DNA of 64,000 nucleotides, from contig NC_086101.1 in assembly GCF_963921235.1 (NCBI RefSeq), forward strand, positions 192,076,001 through 192,140,000. Reading direction: 5' to 3'. The translations under genes and the position numbers were made by a program. The DNA is from Mobula hypostoma (Eukaryota). How positions within the stretch are numbered: position 1 is the stretch's first letter; every line of letters starts with the position of its first letter. Below the pieces are notes generated by a model. That model saw only the letters and a list, made by a program, of their open reading frames with translations, was not told the DNA's origin and searched no databases. Positions 36,884 to 49,729 of the stretch are shown piece by piece.

Positions 36884-39275
36884 TAGAAACATAGAAACAT
36901 AGAAAATAGGTGCAGGAGTAGGCCATTCGGCCCTTCGAGCCTGCACCACCATTTATTATGATCATGGCTGATCATCCAACTCAGAACCCCGCCCCAGCCT
37001 TCCCTCCATACCTCCTGACCCCTGTAGCCACAAGGGCCATATCTAACTCCCTCTTAAACATAGCCAATGAACTGGCCTCAACAGTTTCCTGTGGCAGAGA
37101 ATTCCACAGATTCACCACTCTCTGTGTGAAGAAGTTTTTCCTAATCTCGGTCCTAAAAGGCTTCCCCTCTATCCTCAAACTGTGACTACTCATTCTGGAC
37201 TTCCCCAACATCGGGAACAATCTTCCTGCATCTAGCCTGTCCAATCCCTTTAGGATCTTATACGTTTCAATCAGATCCCCCCTCAATCTTCTAAATTCCA
37301 ACGAGTACAAGCCCAGTTCATCCAGTCTTTCTTCATATGAAAGTCCTGCCATCCCAGGAATCAATCTGGTGAACCTTCTTTGTACTCCCTCTATGGCAAA
37401 GATGTCTTTCCTCAGATTAGGGGACCAAAACTGCACACAATACTCCAGGTGTGGTCTCACCAAGGCCTTGTACAACTGCAGTAGTACCTCCCAGCTCCTG
37501 TACTCAAATCCTCTCGCTATAAATGCCAGCATACCATTCGCCTTTTTCACTGCCTGCTGTACCTGCATGCCCACTTTCAATGACTGGTGTATAATGACAC
37601 CCAGGTCTCGTTGCACCTCCCCTTTTCCTAATCAGCCACCATTCAGATAATAATCTGTTTTCCTATTTTTGCCACCAAAGTGGATAACTTCACATTTATC
37701 CACATTAAATTGCATCTGCCATGAGTTTGCCCACACACCCAACCTATCCAAGTCACCCTGCATCCTCTTAGCATCCTCCTCACTGCTAACACTGCCACCC
37801 AGCTTCGTGTCATCCGCAAACTTGGAGATGCTGCATTTAATTCCCTCATCCAAGTCATTAATATATATTGTAAACAACTGGGGTCCCAGCACTGAGCCTT
37901 GCGGTACCCCACTAGTCACCGCCTGCCATTCTGAAAAGGTCCCGTTTATTCCCACTCTTTGCTTCCTGTCTGCTAACCAATTCTCCACCCACACCAATAC
38001 CTTACCCCCAATATCGTGTGCTTTAAGTTTGCACACTAATCTCCTGTGTGGGACCTTGTCAAAAGCCTTTTGAAAATCCAAATATACCACATCCACTGGT
38101 TCTCCCCTATCCACTCTACTAGTTACATCCTCAAAAAATTCTATGAGATTCGTCAGACATGATTTTCCTTTCACAAATCCATGCTGACTTTGTCCGATCA
38201 TTTCACCGCTTTCCAAATGTGCTGTTATCACATCCTTGATAACTGACTCCAGCAGTTTCCCCACCACCGACGTTAGGCTAACCAGTCTATAATTCCCCGG
38301 TTTCTCTCTCCCTCCTTTTTTAAAAAGTGGGGTTACATTAGCCACCCTCCAATCCTCAGGAACTAGTCCAGAATCTAACGAGTTTTGAAAAATTATCACT
38401 AATGCATCCACTATTTCTTGGGCTACTTCCCTAAGCACTCTGGGATGCAGACCATCTGGCCCTGGGGATTTATCTGCCTTCAATCCCTTCAATTTACCTA
38501 ACACCACTTCCCTACTAACATGTATTTCACTCAGTTCCTCCATCTCACTGGACCCTCTGTCCCTTACTATTTCTGGAAGATTATTTATGTCCTCCTTAGT
38601 GAAGACAGAACCAAAGTAATTATTCAATTGGTCTGCCATGTCCTTGCTCCCCATAATCAATTCACCTGTTTCTGTCTGCAGGGGACCTACATTTGTCTTT
38701 ACCAGTCTTTTCCTTTTTACATATCTATAAAAGCTTTTACAGTCCGTTTTTATGTTCCCCGCCAGTTTTCTCTCATAATCTTTTTTCCCCTTCCTAATTA
38801 AGCCCTTTGTCCTCCTCTGCTGAACTCTGAATTTCTCCCAGTCCTCAGGTGAGCCACTTTCTCTGGCTAATTTGTATGCTACTTCTTTGGAATTGATACT
38901 ATCCCTAATTTCTCTTGTCAGCCACGGGTGCACTACCTTCCTTGATTTATTCTTTTGCCAAACTGGGATGAACAATTGTTGTAGTTCATCCATGCAACCT
39001 TTAAATGCTTGCCATTGCATATCCACCGTCAATCCTTTAAGTGTCATTTGCCAGTCTATCTTAGCTAATTCACGTCTCATACCTTCAAAGTTACCCCTCT
39101 TTAAGTTCAGAACCTTCGTTTCTGAATTAACTATGTCACTCTCCATATTAATGAAGAATTCCACCATATTATGGTCACTCTTACCCAAGGGGCCTCTCAC
39201 GACAAGATCGCTAATTAACCCTTCCTCATTGCTCAAAACCCAGTCCAGAATAGCCTGCTCTCTAGTTGGTTCCTC
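36884..39275 (-). mobile_element. Young CR1 family copy, 2.4 kb, RT nearly intact
   Basis: ORFs 37632-39476 and 36981-37616 are separated by a CGA>TGA stop relative to sister copies. TSD GACA at 36880-36883 and 39276-39279. Confidence 0.95.
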
Positions 39276-39340
39276 GACAGGAGTGAAGGTTGGACCGATT
39301 AGAGATAAAGGTGGGAAGATGTGCCTGGAGGCTGTGGAAG

Positions 39341-42048
39341 GTGGGGGAATGAAAGGTCGGGGAGTAACATTGCTTGTTAGGGAAAATATTACAGCAGTGC
39401 TCAGGCAGGACAGATTAGAGGGCTTGTCTACTGAGTCCTTGTGGGTGGAGCTGAGAAACAGGAAAGGTATGGCCACATTAGTGGGATTGTATTACAGACC
39501 ACCCAATAGTCAACGAGACTTGGAAGAGCAAATCTGCAGAGAGATAGCAGGCAACTGCAGGAAACATAAAGTTGTGGTGGTAGGGGATTTTAATTTTCCA
39601 TACATTGATTGGGGCTTCCATACTGTTAGGGGTCTAGATGGTTTAGAGTTTGTAAAATGTGTTCAGGAAAGTTTTCTAAATCAATATATAGAGGGACCAA
39701 CTAGAGGGGATGCAATATTGGATCTCCTGTTAGGAAACGAGTTAGGGCAAGTGATGGAAGTCTGTGCAGGGGAGCACTTTGGTTCCAGTGATCATAACAC
39801 CATTAGTTTCAATTTGATCATGGACAAGGATAGATCTGGTCCTAGGGTTGAGGTTCTGAACTGGAAGAAGGCCAAATTTGAAGAAATGAGAAAAGATCTA
39901 AAAAACGTTGGTTGGGACAGGTTGTTCTCTGGCAAAGATGTGATTGGTAGGTGGGAAGCCTTCAAAGGGGAAATTTTGAGAGTGCAGAGTTTGTATGTTC
40001 CTGTCAGGATTAAAGGCAAATTAAATAGGAATAAGGAACCTTGGTTCTCAAGGGATATTGCAACTTGAATAAAGAAGAAGAGGGAGTTGTATGAAATGTA
40101 CAGGAAACAGGGAGTAAATCAGGTGCTTGAGGAGTATAAGAAGTGCAAGAATATACTTAAGAAAGAAATCAGGAGGGCTAAAAGAAGACATGAGGTTGCC
40201 TTGGCAGTCGAAGTGAAGGATAATCCAAAGAGCTTTTACAAGTATATTAAGAGCAAAAGGATTGTAAGGGATTAAATTGGTCCTCTTGAAGATCAGAGTG
40301 GTCGGCTATGTGCGGAACCAAAGGAAATGGGGGAGATCCTAAATAGGTTTTTTGCATCTGTATTTACTAAGGAAACTGGCATGAAATCTATGGAATTGAG
40401 GGAATCAAGTAGTGAGATCATGGAAACTGTACAGATTGAAAAGGAGGAGGTGCTTGCTGTCTTGAGGAAAATTAAAGTGGATAAATCCCCGGGACCTGAC
40501 AGAGTGTTCCCTCAGACCTTGAAGGAGACTAGTGTTGAAATTGCGGGGGCCCTGGCAGAAATATTTAAAATGTCGCTGTCTATGGATGAAGTGCCAGAGG
40601 ATTGGAGAGTGGCTCATGTTGTTCCGTTGTTTAAAAAAGGATCGAAAAGTAATCCGGGAAATTATAGGCCGGTGAGTTTAACGTCAGTAGTAGGTAAGTT
40701 ATTGGAGGGAGTACTAAGAGACAGAATCTACAAGCATTTGGATAGACAGGGGCTTATAAGGGAGAGTCAACATGGCTTTGTGCGTGGTAGGTCATGTTTG
40801 ACCAATCTATTGGAGTTTTTCGAGGAGGTTACCAGGAAAGTGGATGAAGGGAAGGCAGTGGATATTGTCTACATGGACTTCAGTAAGGCCTTTGACGAGG
40901 TCCTGCATGGGAGGTTAGTTAGGAAAAGTCAGTCACTAGGTATACATGGAGAGGTGGTAAATTGGATTAGACATTGGCTCGATGGAAGAAGCCAGAGAGT
41001 GGTGGTAGAGAATTGCTTCTCTGAGTGGAGGCCTGTGACTAGTGGTGTGCCACAGGGATCAGTGCTGGGTCCATTGTTATTTGTCATCTATATCAATGAT
41101 CTGGATGATAATGTGGTAAATTGGATCAGCAAGTTTGCGGGTGATACAAAGATTGGAGGTGTAGTAGACAGTGAGGAAGGTTTTTAGAGCCTGCAGAGGG
41201 ACTTGGACCAGCTGGAAAAATGGGCTAAAAATTGGCAGGTGGAGTTTAATACTGACAAGTGTGAGGTATTGCACATTGGAAGGACAAACCAACGTAGAAC
41301 ATACAGGGTTAATGGTAAGGCACTGAGCAGTGCAGTGGAACAGAGGGATCTGGGAATACAGATACAAAATTCCCTAAAAGTGGTGTCACAGGTAGATAGG
41401 GTCGTAAAGAGAGCTTTTGGTACATTGGCCTTTATTAATCAAAGTATTGAGTATAAGAGCTGGAATGTTATGATGAGGTTGTATGAGGCATTGGTGAGGC
41501 CGAATCTGGAGTATTGTGTTCAGTTTTGGTCACCAAATTACAGGAAAGATATAAATATGGTTGAAAGAGTGCAGAGAAGGTTTACAAGGATGTTGCCGGG
41601 ACTTGAGAAACTCAGTTACAGAGAAAGGTTGAATAGGTTAGGACTTTATTCCCTGGCGCGTAGAAGAATGAGGGCAGATTTGATAGAGGTATATAAAATT
41701 ATGATGGGTATAGACAGAGTGAATGCAAGCAGGCTTTTTCCACTAAGGCAAGGGGAGTAAAAAACCAGAGGACATGGGTGAGGGGGGAAAAGTTTAAAGG
41801 GACATTAGTGGGGGCTTCTTCACACAGAGAGTGATGGGAGTATGGAATGAGCTGCCAGACGAGGTGGTAAATGCGGGTTCTTTTTTAACATTTAAGAATA
41901 AATTGGACAGATACATGGATGGGAGGTGTATGGAGGGTTATGGTCCGTGTGCAGATCAGTGGGACTAGGCAGAAAATGGTTCGGCACAGCCAAGAAGGGC
42001 CAAAAGGCCTGTTTCTGTGCTGTAGTTTCTATGGTTTCTATGGTTTCT
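39341..42048 (+). mobile_element. CR1 (different subfamily), most of ORF2, nested in the host CR1
   Basis: Endonuclease and RT motifs, (CTATGGTTT)n tail, AAG at both junctions. Host reading LEAVE|VSEVLDEYFSSVF is restored on removal. Confidence 0.9.
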
Positions 42049-44340
42049 AAGTGAGTGAGGTCCTCGATGAATACTTCTCTTCAGTATTCACCAATGAGAG
42101 GGAACTTGATGATGGTGAGGACAATATGCGTGAGGATGATGTTCTGGAGCATGTTGATATTAAGGGAGAGGAGGTGTTGGAGTTGTTAAAATAGATTAGG
42201 ACAGTTAAGTCCCCGGGGCATGACGGAATATTCCCCAGGCTGCTCCGCGAGGCAACATAAGAGATTGCTGAGCCTCTGGCTATGATCTTTATGCCCTCGT
42301 CCACGGGAATGGTACCGGAGGATTGGAGGGAGGCGAATGTTGTCCCCTTGTTCAAAAATGGTAGTAGGGATAGTCCGGGTAAGTATAGACCTGTGAGCCT
42401 TAAGCTGTTGGAAAAGATTTTAAAAGATAGGACCTACGAGCATTTAGAGAATCATGGTCTGATCAGGGACAGTCAGCATGGCTTTGTAAAGGGCAGATCA
42501 TGTCTAACAAGCCTGATAGAGTTCTTTGAGAAGGTGAGCAGGCATATAGATGAGAGTACTGCAGTGGATGTGATCTACGTGGATTTTAGTAAGGCTTTTG
42601 ACAAGGTTTCACATGGTAGGCTTACTCAGAAAATCAGAAGACGTGGGATCCAGAGAGGTTTGGTCAGGTGGATTCAGAATTAGCATGCCTGCAGAAAGCA
42701 GAGGGTCATGGTGGAGGGAGTACATTTGGATTGGAGGATTGTGACTAGTGGTGTCCCACAAGGATCAGTTCTGGGACCCCTACTTGTCGTGATTTTTATT
42801 AATGACCTGGATGTGGGGGTAGAAGGGTGGGCTGGCAAGTTTGCAGATGACACAAAGGTTGGTGGTGTTGTAGATAGTGTCCAGGATTGTCGAAGATTGC
42901 AGAGAGACATTGATAGGATGCAGAAGTGGGCTGAGAAGTGGCAGATGGAGTTCAACCCGGAGAAGTGTGAGGTGGTACACTTTGGAAGGACAAACTCCAA
43001 GGCAGAGTACAAAGTAAATAGCAGGATACTTGGTAGTGTGGAGGAGCAGAGAGATCTGGGGGTACATGTCCACAGGTCCCTGTAAGTTGCCTTACAGGTA
43101 GATAGGGTAGTTAAGAAAGCTTATGGGGTGTTAGCTTTCATAAGTTGAGGGATGGAGTTTAAGAGTCGTGAGGTAATGATGCAGTTCTATAAAACTCTGG
43201 TTAGGCCACACTTGGAGTACTGTGTCTGTTTCTGGTTGCCTCACTATAGGAAGGATGTGGAAGCATTGGAAAAGGTACAGAGCAGATTTACTAGGATGCT
43301 GCCTGGTTCAGAGAGTATGGATTATGATCAGAGATTAAGGGAGCTAGGGCTTTACTCTTTGGAGAGAAGGAGGATGAGAAGAGACATGATAGAGGTATAC
43401 AAGATATGAAGAGGAATAGTTAGAGTGGACAGCCAGTGCCTCTTCCCCAGGGTACCACTGCTCAATACAAGAGGACATGGCTTTAAGGTAAGGGGTGGGA
43501 AGTTCAAGGGGGATATTAGAGGAAGGTTTTTTACTTAGAGAGTGGTTGGTGCGTGGAATGCACTGCCTGAGTCAGTGGTGGAGGCAGATACACTAGTGAA
43601 GTTTAAGAGACTACTAGACAGGTATATGGAGGAATTTAAGGTGGGGGATTATATGGGAGACAGGGTTTAAGGGTTGGTACAACATTGTGGGCTGAAGGGC
43701 CTGTACTGTGCTGTACTATTCTATGTTCTCTGTTCTACGTTTATCCACCACAACCCATTTCAATGCCAGGAAGTCCAACTTGTGGGTGGGATAGTTTCTC
43801 TCGGAGGGCGACAAACTCCGGCTGACAAACGCTACAGGCCTCAACCCGGTGCCCTAACCCTAATATAGGACGGCCCCTAATCCCTCTCAGCTGGCATCGG
43901 TGTGTAGTACATCGGGCAATCGGGGGTCTGCAAAAGCCAGCACCGGTGCCTGGGTTAGCGACTCTTTCAGCGATTGAAACGCCTCCTCACATTTTGCATC
44001 CCACCCCTGTCCGAAGGGCTCCGACAGGTTTAGATATTCTCCAACCTCCTGTCCTCTTTTTCCTTTCCCTTTCTTCCCCAAGGGAGGATAACCACGCAGA
44101 AGATGGTTCAAGGGGTGACTCACTTTGGTGTAGCCCTTCACGAATCTCTGATAATAACCACAGAACCCCAAGAATGAGTGCAGAGCGCTCACAGTCTGGG
44201 GCCTCGGCCACGTGGTCACCGCTTCTATCTTAGCTGGGTCGTAGTTACTCCATTCCGTGAGATTATGTGCCCAACATAGCTAACTGACGTCTTGCAGAAC
44301 TGTCACTTATCCAAGGAAAGTTTTAACCCTTCCTCCTTCA

Positions 44341-44838
44341 GTCATAGTCATAGTCATAGTCATACTTTATTGATCCCGGGGGAAATTGGTTTTCGTTACA
44401 GCTGCTCCATAAATAATAAATCGTAATAGAACCATAAATAGTTAAATAATAATATGTAAATTATGCCAGTAAATTACGAAATAAGTCCAGGACCAGCCTA
44501 TTGGCTCAGGATGTCTGACCCTCCAAGGGAGGAGTTGTAAAGTTTGATGGCCACAGGCAGGAATGACTTCCTATGACGCTCTGTGTTGCATCTCGGTGGA
44601 ATGAGTCTCTGGCTGAATGTACTCCTGTGCCCACCCAGTACATTATGTAGTGGATGGGAGACATTGTCCAAGATGGCATGCAACTTAGACAGCATCCTCT
44701 TTTCAGACACCACCGTGAGAGAGTCCAGTTCCATCCCCACAACATCACTGGCCTTATGAATGAGTTTGTTGATTCTGTTGGTGTCTGCTGCCCTCAGCCT
44801 GCTGCCCCAGCACACAACAGCAAACATGATAGCACTGT
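44341..44838 (-). mobile_element. Rex1/Babar-type 3' fragment nested in Gypsy RT
   Basis: Same family and (GTCATA)n tail as 16697-17445. ORF 44498-44827. Confidence 0.88.
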
Positions 44839-46579
44839 TGGCTTAGCACTTTCTGTAGCCTCGCTTCGTGTTCTTCTAAGGTGGATCCAAATATTATCAA
44901 GTCATCCAGGTATACCAACACTTCAAGCAAGTTCATATCTCCCACCATCTTCTCCATGACCCTCAGGAAAGTGGCAGGGCTTACGATATGCCCTGCACAT
45001 CCTTTCAAACTGGAAAAATCCCGGATGGCATATAAATGCCGTCTTCTCCTTATTGGCTTCACTCATCAGGATCTGGTAATATCTACTCCGCAAGTCCAGC
45101 AGACTAAACCACTTTTCCCCATTCAGACAGGCCAGCTCATCTTCGACCCTTGGAACCGTACACTGGTCAGGGACGGTGCACCTATTCAGGGTCCTATAGT
45201 CCACACACACGCGCACCTTCCTGTTTTTCTTCTGGGCCACTACTATTGGGGACGCATAAGGGCTTCAAGATTCAGTGATGATCACAGCTTCCTTCAACTT
45301 ACACAAATGCTGCTGCACGTCTTCCACGTCTGCAGGGGCCAGTCACCGCGACTTTTCTCAGTCATTCGGATGGTGTGTCGGGTGCTCTTGGAACAACCCA
45401 CATCAAACTCGCCAAGTGAAAAGACATCTTCCAGCTTCAACAATTTTCTCCACCAGCCTTTGCTTCCAACCCGGCGGCACAGGAGAGTCCCCAAAGTTAA
45501 AGGCCTCAGCAGTCAACTTTTCCTTGTTTACCAATAGTTTCCCCCAGCTGTGCCTCACGGGGGCGCCAGACATTACTGTCACCGGGAACAAATGCGCCAG
45601 GGGCATCCCTCTCTTAACGGTCATTTCTCTCTTCGTAGTGTTCCTGACAATCACAGCCACCCTCCTCGCCTGTACCACCAAGGGCCTCTGCACTTTGGGC
45701 CTCAGCAGCACCCCAGCCAGAAATCGTGACTCCTCCTCAAGGTCTTCTGGGGCGTCCACTAAAAGGGCCTCACCATCAGGCACTCCGGAAATCTGGGGAT
45801 CCCCGTCACTCTTGATATTTCCCCGGGCCATACTACCTTAGGCTTCGACTGAGCACACCACACAGTCCCTCGTTTAAACTCAGTGTCCAGCCCAGTGCGA
45901 CCCTGTACTTCCTCAAAAGCAGCTCGAAACACTGGGTGCATCGACAGGGTCTCCAAAAAGCTCTCACCCGCATCCTCCTTACAGGCCTCCATGAGCCTCT
46001 GTACTATAGGGGTGTTGGTCCCTGCCAGGACTGAAACACCCCCCGGCTCAACCGGGTGCAGGCAAACCAGCACCAAGGCCTCATAGGCCTCAGACACTCC
46101 CACATCGGCCTCCAAGATCTCCAGTTTCACTGACGAATAACCATCGTACAGGTAATCACCAGCACTGAAACCCCAAATCTCCAGTGCACTGAAGGGTATC
46201 AAGGGTAAATGCTCCAAATTCTGATTGTAGAACGAACAGTACAACAACGTGACCTGCCACCCAGTGTTGAGTATGGCTTTCGCCTAGCCACACAGTGATG
46301 GGTGCAGAGAGAGTAGAGCAGTGGGCTAAGCACACATCCGTGAGGTGCACCAGTGGTGATTGTCAGTGAGGAAGAGATGTTATTACCAATCTGCATAGAT
46401 TGCGGCCTTCTGGTTCGGAATTCGAGGATCCAGTTGCAGAGGGAGGTACAGAGGCCCAGGTTCTTATTGATCAGGACTGTAGTAATGATGGGTTCTTTTG
46501 GGTTTTTTGTTCTGTGGCTGCCTGTAAGGAGACAAATCTTAAGGTTGTACATTGAACTTTGAACTCTGAACTCCCTGTG

Positions 46580-46745
46580 ACCACATGGATTTCCTCCAGG
46601 TGCTCTGGTTTTCTCCCACGGTCTAATGGCTGGTAGGTCAGTTGGTCATTGTGAATTGTCCGTGATTAGGCTTGGGATGTTGGACGGCACAGCTCAAAAG
46701 GCCAGAGGGAGCCTATTCTGCATTGTGTCTCAGTAAGTAAATATA
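46580..46745 (+). mobile_element. HE1/V-type SINE fragment (another copy on - at about 51610-51790)
   Basis: GGATTTCCTCCAGGTGCTCTGGTTTTCTCCCAC core typical of V-domain SINEs. Confidence 0.6.
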
Positions 46746-47229
46746 CTTGGGAAGGGAGCCTGTGGGTGATGGTGTTCACGTACACCCGATATCCTGATGT
46801 GGAGAGATGGAGGCTGCTGGAATAGCAGGGGCGAGTAACTGCGTTGTGTATTGTAGACGGTGCACACCGCGGCCACTCTGCATTGGCGGTGGAAGGAGGG
46901 AGTATTGACTGGGTGCTCACGTGGTCACTGTTGTCCTGGGTTGTGTGATGTTGTGGTTGTACAAGACGTTGGTGAAGACATGTAGAGTACAGAAATTGGG
47001 ATGTTACATGGAAATTGTATAAGAATAACAGAATAATTTATAATACTAAGGAACACAAAAAATATTAGTACGTTAGACAGCTTATATACGTGGATTGATT
47101 GTACATACATAAAGTTCCATACAAATGACTACTTTATCATTTCCTGTCAGTCACCTGAAGTACAGACACTCCTGGGCCTAGAATCACCTTATGAACATAA
47201 AGTCTATCTGTCAATCTATATATCAATCT

Positions 47230-49725
47230 ATGTAAATAAATCCAGTTTCTCAAGTCCTGGTAACATCTTTGTAAACCTTCTCTGCACTCTTTCAAACTTA
47301 TTAATATCCTTCCTGTAATTTGGTGATCAAAACTGTACAGAATACTACAAATTTGGCCTCACTAATGCCTTATTCAGGGGGGAATGTCGACTCCGACCAT
47401 GTGTTGGGCATGTGTTGTGTTAGGCACGTGGCCAAGTGGTTAAGGCGTTCGTCTAGTGATTTGAAGGTCAATAGTTTGAGCCTCGGCTGTGGCAACGTGC
47501 TTGTGTCCTTGAGCAAGGCACTTCATCACACATTGCTCTAGTCTGGGCAAGGAGTGGCACCCCACACAGACTTCCAATCTGTGCCTTGTAAGGCGCCAAA
47601 ATGCCCAATGCAGACCTCTCATTGTCTGAGTCGACGTTCCCTTATTCAACCTCACCATAACATTCCAACTCTTATACTCAATACTTTGATTTTAAAGACC
47701 CATGTACCAAAAGCTCTCTTTATGACCCTATCTACATATTTACAATCAACGCCACTTTTAGGGAATTTTGTATCTGTATTCCCAGATCTCTCTGTTCTAC
47801 TGCACTCCTCAGTGCCTTACCATTTACCCTGTACGTTCTACCTTGGTCTGTCCTTCCAAAGTGCAATACCTCACACTTGTCTGTATTAAACTCCATCTGC
47901 CATCTTTCAACCCATTTTTCCAGCTGGCCCAAATCCCTCTGCAAGCTTTGAAAACCTTCCTCACTGTCCACTACATCTCCAAACTTTATGAACAAATTCA
48001 TCAACAAATTTGCTGATCCAATTTACCACATTATCATCCAGATCATTGATAAAGATGACAAATAACAATGGACCCAGCACTGATCCCTGTGGCACACCAC
48101 TAGTCACAGGCCTCCACTCTGAGAAGCAATCCTCTACTACCACTCTTTGGCTTCTTCCATTGAGCCAATGTCTAATCCAATTTACCACCTCCCCTTGTAC
48201 ACCTAGCGACTGAATCTTCCTAACTAACCTCCCATGCGGGACCTTGTCAAAGGCCTTACTGAAGTCTATGTAGACAATATCCACTGCCTTCCCTTCATCC
48301 ACTTTCCTGGTAACCTCCTCAAAAAACTCCAATAGATTGGTCAAACATGACCTACCACGCACAAAGCCATGTTGACTCTCCCTAATAAGTCCCTGTCTAT
48401 CCAAATACTTGTAGATCCTATCCCTTAGTACTCCTTCCAACAATTTACCTACTACTGATGTCAAATTTACTGGTCTATAATTTCCCGGATTATTTTTAGA
48501 GCCTTTTTTAAATAACGGAACAACATGAGCTATCCTCCAATCCTCCGGCACCTCACCCGTAGATACCGATATTTTAAATATATCTGCCAGAGCCCCTGCA
48601 ATTTCAACACTAGTCTCCTTCAAGGTCTGAGGGAAGACCCTGTCAGGTCCTAGGGATTTATCTACTCTGATTTGCCTCAAGATAGCAAGCACCTCCTCCT
48701 CCTCCTCCTCCTCAATCTGTACAGGTTCCATGACCTGACTACTTGTTTGCCTTATTTCCATTGACTCCATGCCAATTTCCTTCATAAATACAGATGCAAA
48801 AAACCCATTTAAGATCTCCCCCATTTCTTTTGGTTCCATACATAGCCAACCACTCTGATCTTCAAGAGGACCAATTTTATCCCTTACTATCCTTTTGCTC
48901 TTAATACACCTTAGCTCTTTGGATTATCTTTCACCTTGACTGCCAAAGCAAACTCATGTCTTCTTTTAGCCCTCCTGATTTCTTTCTTAAGTTTTTTTTT
49001 GCACTTTTTATACTCCTCAAGCACCTTATTTGCTCCCTGTTTCCTATACATGTTATACATCTCTCTCTTCTTCTTTATCAGAGTTCCAATATCCTTTGAG
49101 AACAAAGGTTCCTTATTCTTATTCAATTTGCATTTAATCCTGACAGGAACATACAAACTCTGCACCCTCAAAATTTCTCCTTTGAAGGCCTCCCACTTAC
49201 CAATCACATCCTTGCCAGAGAACAACCTGACCCAATCCACGCTTTTTAGATCCGTTCTCATTTCTGCAAATTTGGCCTTTTTCCAGTTTAGAACCTCAAC
49301 CGCAGAACCAGATCTATCTTTATCCATGATCAAGTTGAAACTAATGGTGTTATGATCACTGGAACCAAAGTGTTCCTGTACACACACTTCCGTCACCTGT
49401 CCTAACTCGTTTCCTAACAGGAGATCTAATATTACATCCTCTCTAGTTGGTTCCTCTATATATTGATTGAGAAAACTTTCCTGAACACATTTTACAAACT
49501 CTAAGCCGTCTAGACCTTTAACGGTATGGGAATCCCAATCCATATGTGGAATAATTAAAATCCCCTACTATCACAACTTTATGTTTCCTGCAGTTGTCTG
49601 CAATCTCTCTGTAGGTTTGCTCCTTCAATTCTCGCTGAGTATTGGGTGGTCTATAATACAACCCCATTAATGTGGTCATTCCATTCCTGTTTCTCAGCTC
49701 CACCCATATCGCCTCATTAGACAAG
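47230..49725 (-). mobile_element. CR1 ORF2 fragment (endonuclease to RT)
   Basis: ORFs 47961-48839 and 48911-49543 carry CR1 motifs. Confidence 0.92.
47377..47640 (+). mobile_element. tRNA-derived SINE bracketed by inverted ends and an 8-bp TSD
   Basis: A box TGGCCAAGTGG and B-box-like GTTTGAGCC. GGAATGTCGACTC (47381-47393) vs GAGTCGACGTTCC (47628-47640). CTTATTCA at 47369-47376 and 47641-47648. Confidence 0.75.
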
Positions 49726-49729
49726 CCCC

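Larger units (their letters stand above)
33374..43735 (+). mobile_element. Host CR1 (ORF1 esterase through ORF2 to 3' tail) carrying four nested insertions
   Basis: ORF1 GDS/DGLH esterase motifs at 33407-34021. ORF2 segments at 34345-35237, 36566-36883, 39276-39340 and 42049-43735 join into continuous CR1 sequence. Confidence 0.9.
30538..46250 (-). mobile_element. Gypsy LTR retrotransposon, fragmented by nested insertions, integrase core deleted
   Basis: RT (LLDLRSRYYQI, VYLDDLII) about 44840-45240. RNaseH (SERNYPTHKLDFLAL at about 43770; FEVRTDNNP at about 33350). Integrase flanking regions 32297-33190. PPT GGTGGGGGGAGAA at 32259-32271. Confidence 0.88.

Noticed and set aside
37632-39476. 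614-aa ORF as a single gene
   Set aside because: It is a chance in-frame fusion. The N-terminal part is antisense of two other CR1s and the rest is the nested young CR1 ORF2.
45400-46250. Extra domain (dUTPase-like) between Gypsy protease and RT
   Set aside because: No dUTPase motifs could be identified by eye and the region is frameshifted. An HMM search would be needed.
47410-47500. Bona fide tRNA gene
   Set aside because: The B box is degenerate, there is no clean cloverleaf, and it continues into SINE body sequence.
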